Part shown: positions 27,469 through 37,102 of the stretch, one piece after another | How the letters are laid out: every line of letters starts with the position of its first letter | Numbering within the stretch: the first letter of the stretch is position 1 | Assembly (NCBI GenBank): GCA_045578425.1 | Contig: JAZNKF010000065.1 | Span: forward strand, 10,105-74,104 | Reading direction: 5' to 3' | Length of the DNA stretch: 64,000 bases | Source: Acutalibacteraceae bacterium | GTDB taxonomy: Bacteria > Bacillota > Clostridia > Oscillospirales > Acutalibacteraceae | The notes under the pieces: generated by a model | Told to the model about the DNA's origin: nothing | The model's database searches: none | Seen by the model: only the letters and a program-made list of their open reading frames with translations | Position numbers and translations under genes: made by a program

Positions 27469-28668
27469 ATGAATATTCTCGTCACGGGTGCCGCCGGTTT
27501 TGTGGGAAAAAACTTGGCAGAAGCCTTACGTTGTATCAAAGACGGTAAAGACCGCACACATCCGGCGATTACCGTAGAAGAACTGTATCTGTATGATATT
27601 GATTCTCCTGCCAGCGTATTGGAAGAAGGCTGCCAAAAAGCAGATTTTGTTTTCAATTTAGCCGGCGTTAACCGTCCGCAAAGCCAAGAGGAATTTATGC
27701 AAGGTAATTTTGGCTTTGCTTCTACGTTATTGGACACGTTAAAAAAGCACAATAACACCTGCCCCGTTATGCTTTCCTCCTCAATTCAAGCCACTTTGGT
27801 CGGTCGTTATGCCGACGGGGAATACGGGAAGAGCAAAAAGGCCGGCGAGGACTTGTTTTTTGCCTACGGCGAAGAAACGGGTGCTAAAGTCTTGGTTTAC
27901 CGTTTCCCTAATTTGTTTGGGAAGTGGTGTCGCCCAAATTACAATTCCGCAGTAGCCACTTTTTGTCATAACATAGCGAACGATTTGCCCATTACGGTCA
28001 ATGACCCCAGTGTACAGCTGGAATTGTTGTACATTGACGATTTGATTGATGAGATGCTGTGTGCCTTAGAAGGTGTAGAGCATCGTTGCGAGTTTGATGG
28101 TGTGAATACCGTGCTGACGAAAGACGGGAAATATTGTGCCGCACCGATTACACATCATGTCACCTTGGGAGAAATCGTCGATTTGCTGTACCGTTTTGCA
28201 GAACAACCGCAAACGTTGGTAATGCCCCCTATTCCCGAAGGAAGCTTTGCCAAGAAATTATATGCCACGTATCTTTCGTACTTACCCAAGGAAAAGGTGT
28301 CTTTTCCGTTGAAAATGAACGTGGATGCTCGCGGCAGCTTTACCGAATTACTCAAAACGGAAAGTTGCGGTCAATTCAGTGTAAATATCTCCAAGCCCGG
28401 CATTACCAAGGGGCAACATTGGCATCATACCAAATGGGAATTTTTTATTGTTGTTTCCGGTCATGGTTTGATTCAATTGCGGAAAATAGGTTCCGACGAA
28501 GTGTTGAATTATGAAGTTTCCGGCGAAAAAATCGAAGCCGTTCATATGCTCCCCGGTTACACGCACAACATTATTAACCTCAGCGACACCGAAGACATGG
28601 TAACGCTGATGTGGGCGAACGAGCTCTTTTCCCCCAATAAACCCGACACTTTTTTTGAACAAGTGTAA
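27469..28668 (+). CDS. fnlB: CapF/FnlB/WbjC-type reductase-epimerase (SDR N-domain plus cupin C-domain)
   Basis: 399 aa. An N-terminal VTGAAGFVGKN SDR domain is joined to a C-terminal cupin (DARGSFTELLK...ISKPGITKGQHWHHTK). Its start overlaps/abuts the fnlA stop. Confidence 0.85.
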   Translation: MNILVTGAAGFVGKNLAEALRCIKDGKDRTHPAITVEELYLYDIDSPASVLEEGCQKADFVFNLAGVNRPQSQEEFMQGNFGFASTLLDTLKKHNNTCPVMLSSSIQATLVGRYADGEYGKSKKAGEDLFFAYGEETGAKVLVYRFPNLFGKWCRPNYNSAVATFCHNIANDLPITVNDPSVQLELLYIDDLIDEMLCALEGVEHRCEFDGVNTVLTKDGKYCAAPITHHVTLGEIVDLLYRFAEQPQTLVMPPIPEGSFAKKLYATYLSYLPKEKVSFPLKMNVDARGSFTELLKTESCGQFSVNISKPGITKGQHWHHTKWEFFIVVSGHGLIQLRKIGSDEVLNYEVSGEKIEAVHMLPGYTHNIINLSDTEDMVTLMWANELFSPNKPDTFFEQV

Positions 28669-28750
28669 GACAGTTTCTGCCACCGCTTTTTTGTGGCGGA
28701 TTTTTGTCTATTACATGGCAATTTTTAACTTCTGACGAGGTGGTAAAACG

Positions 28751-29935
28751 ATGGATATTAAATTGGATTATTCGGACGTTTCTTTCCAAAACAACGGTAA
28801 ATTAAAATTGTTGATTATTGTCGGCACACGACCGGAAATTATTCGTTTGGCAGCCGTTATCAACAAATGCCGTCAATATTTTGATTGTGTTTTGGCACAT
28901 ACCGGCCAAAACTACGACTACAATTTGAACGGTATTTTCTTCCGTGATTTGGGACTTGCCGACCCGGAAGTGTATATGGATGCGGTGGGCGATGATTTGG
29001 GGGCAACCGTCGGTAATATTATTAACTGCTCTTACAAACTGATGGCGCAAATCAAACCCGACGCTCTGTTAATTTTGGGTGACACGAACTCTTGCCTTTC
29101 TGCTATTCCTGCCAAGCGGTTGCATATTCCGATTTTCCATATGGAAGCCGGCAACCGTTGCAAGGACGAATGTTTACCGGAAGAAACCAACCGCCGCATC
29201 GTTGACATTATTTCGGACGTTAACTTGGCCTATTCCGAACATGCACGCAAATATTTGCACGAATGCGGTCTACCCAAAGAACGCGTGTACGTTACCGGCT
29301 CTCCCATGGCGGAAGTGTTGCGTAACAATTTGGCAGCGATTGAGGCTTCTGATGTGCACAAACGCCTGGGATTGGAAAAAGGAAAATATATTTTACTTTC
29401 TGCTCATCGCGAAGAAAATATTGATACCGAAAAGAATTTCCTTTCGTTATTTACTGCCATTAACAAAATGGCTGAAAAATATGATATGCCGATTTTGTAT
29501 TCTTGCCATCCGCGTTCCCGTAATCGTTTGGAAAAAAGCGGTTTTGTGCTTGATAAACGCGTGATTCAAAATGAGCCGCTTGGTTTCCACGATTACAACT
29601 GCTTGCAAATGAATGCGTTTTGTTGTGTTTCCGACTCGGGTACCTTGCCGGAAGAAAGCAGTTTCTTTACTTCGGTCGGTCATCCCTTCCCCGCTGTGTG
29701 TATTCGCACCTCGACGGAACGTCCCGAAGCGCTTGACAAAGCCGACTTTATCTTGGCCGGTATTGACGAAAAAAGTTTGTTGCAAGCAGTGGATACGGCT
29801 GTACAAATGAATCTGGACGGAAATCACGGTATCCCCGTGCCGGATTATGTGGAAGAAAACGTTTCCACCAAAGTTGTTAAGCTTATTCAATCGTATACCG
29901 GTGTGGTTAATAAAATGGTTTGGAGAAAAGGTTGA
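28751..29935 (+). CDS. fnlC: Non-hydrolysing UDP-N-acetylglucosamine-type 2-epimerase (FnlC/CapG/WbjD type)
   Basis: 394 aa with IVGTRPEIIRL, HTGQNYD, GDTNS, HMEAGNR and DSGTLPEES motifs of the WecB/MnaA epimerase family. Confidence 0.9.
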   Translation: MDIKLDYSDVSFQNNGKLKLLIIVGTRPEIIRLAAVINKCRQYFDCVLAHTGQNYDYNLNGIFFRDLGLADPEVYMDAVGDDLGATVGNIINCSYKLMAQIKPDALLILGDTNSCLSAIPAKRLHIPIFHMEAGNRCKDECLPEETNRRIVDIISDVNLAYSEHARKYLHECGLPKERVYVTGSPMAEVLRNNLAAIEASDVHKRLGLEKGKYILLSAHREENIDTEKNFLSLFTAINKMAEKYDMPILYSCHPRSRNRLEKSGFVLDKRVIQNEPLGFHDYNCLQMNAFCCVSDSGTLPEESSFFTSVGHPFPAVCIRTSTERPEALDKADFILAGIDEKSLLQAVDTAVQMNLDGNHGIPVPDYVEENVSTKVVKLIQSYTGVVNKMVWRKG

Positions 29936-29961
29936 CATTCTTTCGACCTTGCAAAGAAACG

Positions 29962-30978
29962 ATGAAAACATTAAATTATAACAATAACACGTTGGATGTT
30001 TTTCGTATTATTGCCACTATTCAGGTCTTTTTTGGGCATGTAATTACACACTTTAAGTTACCCGAATGGCATGAGCCTGTATACTTTGTACGCGGTGTGC
30101 CGATTTTGTTTGCACTTTGCGGTTTTTTGGCTGCAAAATCGCTGGACGGAAAACCTCCTGTCAGGGAATATTTCAAGCAACGTGCTATTCGCATACTCCC
30201 CGCTTTTTGGGCATGTATCCTTATCAACACCGTAATAATTGCGGTGTTGTATGCAACTGTACCAACGGTAAAGCAAGGTGTTATTTATCTCTTTACCCAA
30301 TTTGCCGGCTTGAATTTTTACACCGGCGATTGGTTGCGCGAATACGGTGTAGGCACTCCCAATGGCGTCTTATGGACCATTTCCGTGCAAATTCAATTTT
30401 ATATCATTGCTCCGCTTCTTAAAAAAATTCTTGCCAAACGAAATCTTTTGTTTGGTGGTATAACGGTTTTGGTTTTGGCGGCTGTCAGTATTTTGTGCAA
30501 CCGTTTGGAACCGTATTTGCCGGTGCTGGTATTCAAGCTAATTAACGTTACCGTGTTACCCTATGCTTACTTTTTGGTGTTCGGCATGGTCGTTTGGGAA
30601 CACCGTGATACGATTATCCCCGCCTTGACTCGGTTTAAATGGTTTTTTGCCATTGCGTACGTCGTGTGGAAGTTTGCAGAAATCCACCTTTCTTTTCCCC
30701 ATGTCTTAGATGGTTATTTGTATAACACCATTACGGCATTACTGTTGGCTTGTGTCTTGTTTGGTTTTTCCTTTATGCGTAAATGGCGAGCACCGATTGA
30801 TTTAACGTATGGTTTTTATTTATACCACATGGTCATTATCAATGTTGTGGTAGAATTGGGGTATACGTCTGCCAATTGGTTGCTTATATTGATTATTGCT
30901 ATTGCAACCACCCTTTGTGCATGGTTATCACAAATTTTGGTGGAGAAACCTTGCGTAAAATGGCTTAAAAAGAGGTAA
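29962..30978 (+). CDS. Acyltransferase-3 family membrane O-acyltransferase
   Basis: About 10 TM helices. The N-terminal DVFRIIATIQVFFGH (catalytic His region) is typical of OafA/Acyl_transf_3. The alternative TTG start at 29920 overlaps fnlC. Confidence 0.8.
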   Translation: MKTLNYNNNTLDVFRIIATIQVFFGHVITHFKLPEWHEPVYFVRGVPILFALCGFLAAKSLDGKPPVREYFKQRAIRILPAFWACILINTVIIAVLYATVPTVKQGVIYLFTQFAGLNFYTGDWLREYGVGTPNGVLWTISVQIQFYIIAPLLKKILAKRNLLFGGITVLVLAAVSILCNRLEPYLPVLVFKLINVTVLPYAYFLVFGMVVWEHRDTIIPALTRFKWFFAIAYVVWKFAEIHLSFPHVLDGYLYNTITALLLACVLFGFSFMRKWRAPIDLTYGFYLYHMVIINVVVELGYTSANWLLILIIAIATTLCAWLSQILVEKPCVKWLKKR

Positions 30979-30983
30979 AAATT

Positions 30984-32153
30984 ATGGATGATTTAAAACG
31001 ATACAGCAAGAAACTGATACTCCGTGCATTGCTTTCGCCGTTTCGCTTGTTCCCTGTTCGACAAAATCGTGTTTTTTTAATTAACGATTTGGCGTATAAT
31101 TATTCCGATAGTCCCAAATTCGTGTGCGAATATTTGCAGCAACACTATGAGGGCAAATTGGACTTGGTTTTCGGCGGTCGTCCTCCGCAAACGGACGGTG
31201 TGACCACCGGTGTGAAGTTTGTCAAGCGCAATTCATTGCAATATTTTTATAATGCGATGACTGCCAAAGTATTGCTGACAAACAGCGGTGGTTTTTCCTA
31301 CCTGCCGCTTCGCAAAAAACAATACGTTATCAACACCTGGCACGGTGGCGGTGCTTATAAAAAATGTGGTCGGCATATGTATGAGGATACCAAGTTTTTC
31401 AGAAAAGATTTGCATCTGTCGTCTGACCAAACCAACGTGTTTTTGTCCACTTGTACCCGTTTTTCCGATGTGGTTTCGGATTCTATGTTGGTGCCGCGCG
31501 ATATTTTTTGGCAAATCGGATTGCCCCGCAACGATATTTTAGCTCACGGTGATGAAGCGGTTCGCGCCAAGGTACGACAAACTATCGGTTTGGCGGAAAA
31601 TGAAAAACTGATTCTTTTTGCCCCTACCTATCGCAAACCCGATGATAATTATTTCAAAAATTCCATTGCTATCTCCTACGGCGTGGATGTGGAACGCGTT
31701 TGCCGCGCCATGTCCGAACGTTTCGGAGGAAAATGGCGGTTTGGATTCCGTTTTCATCCGTGTGTTACCAACCGCGATGAACTTCCCGCCGGTGATTGTT
31801 TGGATTTATCCGATTATCCCGATATGCAAGAACTGCTGTGCACGGCAGATGCCATGATCAACGATTTTTCTTCTTCTATGTGGGATTTTATGTTAACCGG
31901 TCGTCCCAGTTTCTTGTTTGCCGTGGACTTAGAGCATTACGTTGCCACCACGGAGGTTTACACACCTGTTTCTGAGTGGCCGTTCCCGCAAGCCGTCAAC
32001 AACGACGAGTTAGAACGTAACATATTGGAATTTAACGAGGAAGATTATCGCGCGGCCTGCGACCGTCATTACCGCGACCTTGGCGGCAGTGAATCGGGCA
32101 TGGCGACAAAACTTGTTTGCGAACGCATTGCCGAGCAATGTAACCTTGCTTAA
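30984..32153 (+). CDS. CDP-glycerol/alditol-phosphate glycerophosphotransferase family protein (TagB/TagF/TarL-like)
   Basis: 389 aa with INTWHGGGAYKK and ILFAPTYR motifs and the C-terminal MINDFSS block typical of Glyphos_transf (PF04464). Confidence 0.8.
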   Translation: MDDLKRYSKKLILRALLSPFRLFPVRQNRVFLINDLAYNYSDSPKFVCEYLQQHYEGKLDLVFGGRPPQTDGVTTGVKFVKRNSLQYFYNAMTAKVLLTNSGGFSYLPLRKKQYVINTWHGGGAYKKCGRHMYEDTKFFRKDLHLSSDQTNVFLSTCTRFSDVVSDSMLVPRDIFWQIGLPRNDILAHGDEAVRAKVRQTIGLAENEKLILFAPTYRKPDDNYFKNSIAISYGVDVERVCRAMSERFGGKWRFGFRFHPCVTNRDELPAGDCLDLSDYPDMQELLCTADAMINDFSSSMWDFMLTGRPSFLFAVDLEHYVATTEVYTPVSEWPFPQAVNNDELERNILEFNEEDYRAACDRHYRDLGGSESGMATKLVCERIAEQCNLA

Positions 32154-32185
32154 ATTATAACGACGTATAATAGGGGGATGTTTTT

Positions 32186-32914
32186 ATGAATATTGCGGTT
32201 GTTTTTGCGGGCGGTGTCGGTTCGAGAATGCACAGTAAAGACCGTCCAAAACAGTTTTTGGAGTTATACAATAAACCCATTATTATTCATACCTTGGATA
32301 TTTTTGAACAAAGCCCCGATATCGATGCCGTGGTAGTGGCTTGTGTCAAAGAATGGCTCCCCTACATGGAAGAACTCTTGTATCGTTTTCGCATTGAGAA
32401 AGTGCGCAAAGTCGTTCCCGGCGGAGAAAGCGGACAACTTTCGATTTATAACGGTTTGTGTGCCGCCAAAGAAGTGGCCGGTGACGAACCTTCGGTTGTT
32501 TTGATTCACGACGGTGTCCGCCCACTCATCAACGGTAAAGTGATTGCCGACAACATTCGGTCGGTAAAAGAACACGGTTCTGCCATTACCACTGCTGTGG
32601 TAAAGGAAACCATTTTGGTTGTTAGTGAAGATAATTCGATTGATTATGTGCCGAACCGTTCCAAATCCCGCATTGCCAAAGCTCCGCAAAGTTTTTGGTT
32701 GCACGATATTATGGCGGCACACCAACAAGCTTTGCAAGACGGCATCACCGATTTTATCGATTCTTGCACCATGATGCAGCATTACGGCAAGCCCTTGTAT
32801 TTGGTGGACGGTCCGTATGAAAACATAAAAATTACCACACCGGATGATTTTTATACGATGCGCGCCATGTTGGAAGCTAAAGAAAACGCGCAGATTTATG
32901 GTTTTGATGCGTAA
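32186..32914 (+). CDS. IspD/TarI-family cytidylyltransferase (alditol/ketose-5-phosphate cytidylyltransferase)
   Basis: 242 aa with AVVFAGGVGSRM, KQFLEL and VLIHDGVRP, the standard IspD-family blocks. Confidence 0.85.
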   Translation: MNIAVVFAGGVGSRMHSKDRPKQFLELYNKPIIIHTLDIFEQSPDIDAVVVACVKEWLPYMEELLYRFRIEKVRKVVPGGESGQLSIYNGLCAAKEVAGDEPSVVLIHDGVRPLINGKVIADNIRSVKEHGSAITTAVVKETILVVSEDNSIDYVPNRSKSRIAKAPQSFWLHDIMAAHQQALQDGITDFIDSCTMMQHYGKPLYLVDGPYENIKITTPDDFYTMRAMLEAKENAQIYGFDA

Positions 32915-32930
32915 TTAGGAGAAAGTATAT

Positions 32931-34001
32931 ATGATGTGCGAAAGCCCGTTAGACTCGTTTTTACAAGAAGATTTGGACTATGTGGCATCTCATTGTACGC
33001 CGCTGGAACAGTTGAAAAACTGTTCCGTTTTGGTCACAGGTGCTACCGGTTTAGTCGGCTCATTATTGGTAAAAACCTTGGCTTGCTACAACCGCAAGAA
33101 ACAAAGTAATATTACGGTATATTTGTTTGTACGAAACTTGGAAAAAGCAAAAACCATTTTTGGGGAATTGCTTGACCGTGAGGGTGTTCACGTGGTGGTT
33201 GGCGATATTACCGACACCAGCGAGTTGCCTCGTGTGGATTATATTTTCCATTGTGCCAGCGTTACCGCTTCCAAAACCATGATAACACAACCGGTGGAAA
33301 CCATTGCCACCGCCATAGACGGTACCAAAAACATTTTGGAATACGCCAAAAACAGCGGTGTTCGTTCACTTTTATATCTTTCGTCGATGGAAATGTATGG
33401 GTCGTTTGAGGATTGTCAAACACCCATCACCGAGGACATGTCCGGCTATGTTAATCCGTTGCTCACGCGCAGTAATTATCCGCTGAGCAAACGATTATGC
33501 GAAAATTTATGTATTGCCTATTCGGTGGAATACGGGTTAGATATCAAGATTGCTCGGTTGGCGCAAACTTTTGGTGCCGGTGTTCTCCCCGGTGAAAACC
33601 GCGTGTTTGCGCAATTTGCGCGCAGTGCCATGAACGGTACGGATATTGTGTTGCATACCAAAGGATTATCCGAAGGAAATTATTGCTATACGGCGGATGT
33701 TATTGACGGCTTGTTCCGCATTTTGCTGTCTGGTGAAAATGGTGGGGCGTATAACGTAGTAAATGAAAAAACGCATACTACCATTGCCGATATGGCACAC
33801 ATGGTTGCTAAAAAACTTGCTCAAAAACCGATTGCCGTAGTTTTTGATATTCCCGAAACAAATTTGCACGGCTATGCGCAAGATACCAAAATGCGTTTAT
33901 CTTCTGCCAAATTGCGCTCCTTGGGTTGGGAACCGAAAGTAGATTTAGAAGAAGCTTACCGCCGTTTGATGGGAAGTATGCACTTACAAAACATGAAATG
34001 A
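32931..34001 (+). CDS. Extended SDR, NAD-dependent epimerase/dehydratase/reductase family
   Basis: 356 aa with VTGATGLVGS Rossmann motif and YPLSK (YxxxK). It is paired with the cytidylyltransferase gene. Confidence 0.8.
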   Translation: MMCESPLDSFLQEDLDYVASHCTPLEQLKNCSVLVTGATGLVGSLLVKTLACYNRKKQSNITVYLFVRNLEKAKTIFGELLDREGVHVVVGDITDTSELPRVDYIFHCASVTASKTMITQPVETIATAIDGTKNILEYAKNSGVRSLLYLSSMEMYGSFEDCQTPITEDMSGYVNPLLTRSNYPLSKRLCENLCIAYSVEYGLDIKIARLAQTFGAGVLPGENRVFAQFARSAMNGTDIVLHTKGLSEGNYCYTADVIDGLFRILLSGENGGAYNVVNEKTHTTIADMAHMVAKKLAQKPIAVVFDIPETNLHGYAQDTKMRLSSAKLRSLGWEPKVDLEEAYRRLMGSMHLQNMK

Positions 34002-34033
34002 GTTCGTGTGTCGATACTTTGTGAGGTGACAAA

Positions 34034-35548
34034 ATGATTCGATTTTTCAAAAAATACAGTTTGTTTTTCTTTATCTTCTTTATTTCGATTTGGGTGTCTT
34101 TGGCCTCTACGTCGCTTAACGAGCAATTTCGTTTTTCGACTCTTGCCAATCAAGTTTTCACCTTTTTACTCTACCTCCCTTTCTTTTTGGTGATTCTTTG
34201 GAAAGTTGTTTCCGACTGTTTCTCTTTTCACCTCACTAAATTCAACGTACTGTACTATGCTTTCGGCGTATATTACGTTGCTTTAAGTGTTTACCGCCTC
34301 CTATCCGGCGGAGAATTTAAGGAAGGTATTTACTATGCCGTTGTGTTGTTTGGGGCGTTTTCGCTATACGCGCTTATAACCGACAAAAAATTAAATCTTT
34401 CTAATGAGGATTTATCCGATAACTTATTGGCCATTTTAACCTATATTGTATTATATAAAGTTGCTGTTACGTTTATGGAAGAAAATGTTTTCGGCAATCC
34501 GCCGATTAACAATTTATACAGCACCAGTATGCTAGCTTTGTTGTTACCGTTTATGGTAAGCGGTCTGCAAGAAAAAAAGGGTTGGAAAACAAAATTAAAC
34601 GGCGTGTTATGTTGTTTATCGCTGGTTTTGATTTTAACTTGCAGTTCTCGGGCGGTAGTGTTACTTTCCGCCGCAGTAATGATTGGTTTGCTGCTCGCGT
34701 TTATCACAAACGTAACGGTTATTAAATGGGCAGCGGTCTCTTTTGCATCTTCTTTGGTTTTAGTATCTATTTTAGCGGGTTTAAACGTTGGTAAAGTGCG
34801 TTATTCTTTGTATCGCGAGTTCAATATCTCGTTTGCCGTTTCGGACAAAGATACCCCTACCACCCCACCGTCCGGAGCAACAACTACTACCAATCAACAA
34901 ATGCCAACCTCAACCACACCTTCTGTTCCGACACAACCGACACCTACGCAACCAACACCGACAACTCCAAACAATCAACAAATGCCAACCTCAACCACAC
35001 CTTCTGTTCCGACACAACCAACACCGACGACCCCAAACAATCAACTTGCTACCGATACGCAAGAACAAATCAATCGCAGCGATGCGATGCGTGCCGATTT
35101 ATTAAAGCAAGGCATTGAGGAAGTTAAGAAGAACTTTCTCTTTGGTACCGGTGATTTGTATTACACCTACGACATGGGTTGGAAAACCATGGAGCAAACG
35201 GCTCATAACTTTTTGGTCGAATGTTTAGTTTGCTTTGGCTTAATCGGTACATTAATGATTTTAGCGTCGTTGTTATCTATACTCATTGACTTTGGTTTCT
35301 TTTCCAAAAAAGGCATTAAAAATTACAAGCAATGGACGTTTATCTTACTCGTCTGCTTTTATTATTTTGCATTTGGTATGGCACAACCGTCCGTCTTTAA
35401 TACGTTGGTATGCCCCACCTTTGTGATGGTTATCACGTATCACGGAAGACTGCTGTGCCCCGGTAAATCCGATGCATTGACAAAGACGTTTTGTTTGTTG
35501 AAATTAAAAAGAGGAACTGCTCATGTCACTGACCAACAACCGAAATAA
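34034..35548 (+). CDS. O-antigen ligase/polymerase family (Wzy_C domain) membrane protein with a Pro/Thr-rich repeat insertion
   Basis: 504 aa, multi-TM. A CSSRAVVLL block and a later FGTGDL...TAHNFLVECLVCFGLIG block are typical of the Wzy_C family. A PT-rich insert lies between them. Confidence 0.7.
   Translation: MIRFFKKYSLFFFIFFISIWVSLASTSLNEQFRFSTLANQVFTFLLYLPFFLVILWKVVSDCFSFHLTKFNVLYYAFGVYYVALSVYRLLSGGEFKEGIYYAVVLFGAFSLYALITDKKLNLSNEDLSDNLLAILTYIVLYKVAVTFMEENVFGNPPINNLYSTSMLALLLPFMVSGLQEKKGWKTKLNGVLCCLSLVLILTCSSRAVVLLSAAVMIGLLLAFITNVTVIKWAAVSFASSLVLVSILAGLNVGKVRYSLYREFNISFAVSDKDTPTTPPSGATTTTNQQMPTSTTPSVPTQPTPTQPTPTTPNNQQMPTSTTPSVPTQPTPTTPNNQLATDTQEQINRSDAMRADLLKQGIEEVKKNFLFGTGDLYYTYDMGWKTMEQTAHNFLVECLVCFGLIGTLMILASLLSILIDFGFFSKKGIKNYKQWTFILLVCFYYFAFGMAQPSVFNTLVCPTFVMVITYHGRLLCPGKSDALTKTFCLLKLKRGTAHVTDQQPK
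34891..35052 (+). repeat. In-frame tandem repeat, 81-nt period (27 codons), about 2 copies
   Basis: A 48-nt segment CAATCAACAAATGCCAACCTCAACCACACCTTCTGTTCCGACACAACC is perfectly repeated at 34891-34938 and 34972-35019. The flanks are similar but diverged. Confidence 0.9.
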
Positions 35549-37046
35549 ATATAGCATGCTCAATGCCTTATCGGCCGTTTCACTCACGTTAGTGAACGGC
35601 CTATTTGGCTTTGTTGTCACTCTGCTGATTTTACAGCATTACGGTTCGGATTTTAACGGGCTCAATTCCACCGCCAATCAAGTCGTCCACGTTTTAATGA
35701 TTGTGGAAGGCGGCTTTACAACAGCTTCAAACGTAGCCTTATTTGCACCGTATGTCAAAGGCGATTACACGCTTGTCAACGGTATTTTGGCGGCGACACA
35801 AAAGAAATTCCGCCGTATCGGCACCTTATTTTTTATCGTCGGTACGGTTGTTTCCTTTGGATATGCCTTGCTGGCAAACAGTGCCTTGGAGCGCGAATTC
35901 ATTTTCACAGTTATCATGATGACCATGATTCCCCCGGCATTCAACCTGTTCTATGCCAGCACCTACCGTGTGTTGTTACAAGCACAGCAAAAAGAATATA
36001 TTGTTAGCTTTACCACCACTGTCACCATCGGTTTGGGACATATTGCTAACATTATCATGATTACCAATGGCGGACCGATGTGGATGGTGCGTGTTAACAC
36101 CATGACATTTTCGCTGCTGAGTTATTTGATTATTGCCGGCTATACCAAAAAGAAAAACAAATTTATCGATTTCAAAATCCCGCCGCAACCGGAATTGATA
36201 AAAGGTACCGGCGATGTAATGGCGCAACGCGTCACCAGCGTTATTTTTGACTCGGCTCCTTTGATTTTCCTTTCCATCTCTCCTGCCGGCGGAACGGTTT
36301 TAGCCAGTGTGTACGCGGTATACAACAATGTGTTTATCATCCTCAAAAATCTGTTGCGCAGTTTGATTGATGCACCTCGCCTTGGTTTTGGTGAGATGCT
36401 GACACACCGCAAACGCGAAGATGTCTGGCCGGCTTATTCACAATATGAGTATTTGATTTTTACCGCTGTTTTTGTAGTACTTACTACCGCTTGTGCCGTC
36501 ATCCTACCTTTTATTAAAATTTATACCAACGGCATCAACGATGCCAATTATGTGGATATTGCCATTGCGGTTTTAATGGTTTCCTGCTCTGTGTTGGAAT
36601 TGTTACATATTCCGAGTTTTCATCTTATCAACATGGCAGGGCATTTCCGTATCAGCCGTAACATTCAAATTATTTCTTGCATTGTTTTGTTGGTGTCGCT
36701 AGGCATCGGCGGCACGCTTTGGGGACTGTACGGCATGCTAGCCTCGGTTTTGTTGGTCGGTCTTTTGCTTTGCGTGCTGGAAATGGGTTACGTTCACGTT
36801 TACTTTTTCAAGGGCAAATTAAGGCACTTGCTTCGTCTGTTATTACCATTGGTTATTGTGGGAGTTGCTATTTGTTGGGTAGAACTTTCGTTGGTTCTCC
36901 CCATCGACAATTACTTTACTTTCGTTTTGTTCGGTGCGCTTTTTGTGTGCATCAACGGTGCCGTAGCACTGTTCACCGGCTTTGTGTTCAACCGCCGCGA
37001 ATTAACAGCTTTACTTAAACGCGGATTGGCACTTATCAAGCGATAA
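35523..37046 (+). CDS. MOP-superfamily polysaccharide flippase (Wzx-like)
   Basis: 507 aa with about 12-14 TM helices, positioned at the end of the glycan locus, RBS AGAGGA upstream. Assigned from topology and context; sequence motifs are weak. Confidence 0.7.
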   Translation: MSLTNNRNKYSMLNALSAVSLTLVNGLFGFVVTLLILQHYGSDFNGLNSTANQVVHVLMIVEGGFTTASNVALFAPYVKGDYTLVNGILAATQKKFRRIGTLFFIVGTVVSFGYALLANSALEREFIFTVIMMTMIPPAFNLFYASTYRVLLQAQQKEYIVSFTTTVTIGLGHIANIIMITNGGPMWMVRVNTMTFSLLSYLIIAGYTKKKNKFIDFKIPPQPELIKGTGDVMAQRVTSVIFDSAPLIFLSISPAGGTVLASVYAVYNNVFIILKNLLRSLIDAPRLGFGEMLTHRKREDVWPAYSQYEYLIFTAVFVVLTTACAVILPFIKIYTNGINDANYVDIAIAVLMVSCSVLELLHIPSFHLINMAGHFRISRNIQIISCIVLLVSLGIGGTLWGLYGMLASVLLVGLLLCVLEMGYVHVYFFKGKLRHLLRLLLPLVIVGVAICWVELSLVLPIDNYFTFVLFGALFVCINGAVALFTGFVFNRRELTALLKRGLALIKR

Positions 37047-37102
37047 AAAAACAGCATAACGCCCGTATTACTTGTAATAGTAATACGGGCGTTATGTTAT
37101 TT
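37044..37102. terminator. Bidirectional intrinsic terminator shared by the two convergent glycan loci
   Basis: An 18/19-bp stem GCATAACGCCCGTATTACT (37054-37072) pairs with AGTAATACGGGCGTTATG (37079-37096), with A8 upstream and T6 downstream. Confidence 0.85.

Noticed and set aside
28669-28750. A possible terminator between fnlB and fnlC (GCCAC...GTGGC followed by ATTTTT).
   Set aside because: The stem is only 5 bp with a 9-nt loop. It lies inside an obviously co-functional fnlABC set, so at most it is a weak attenuator.
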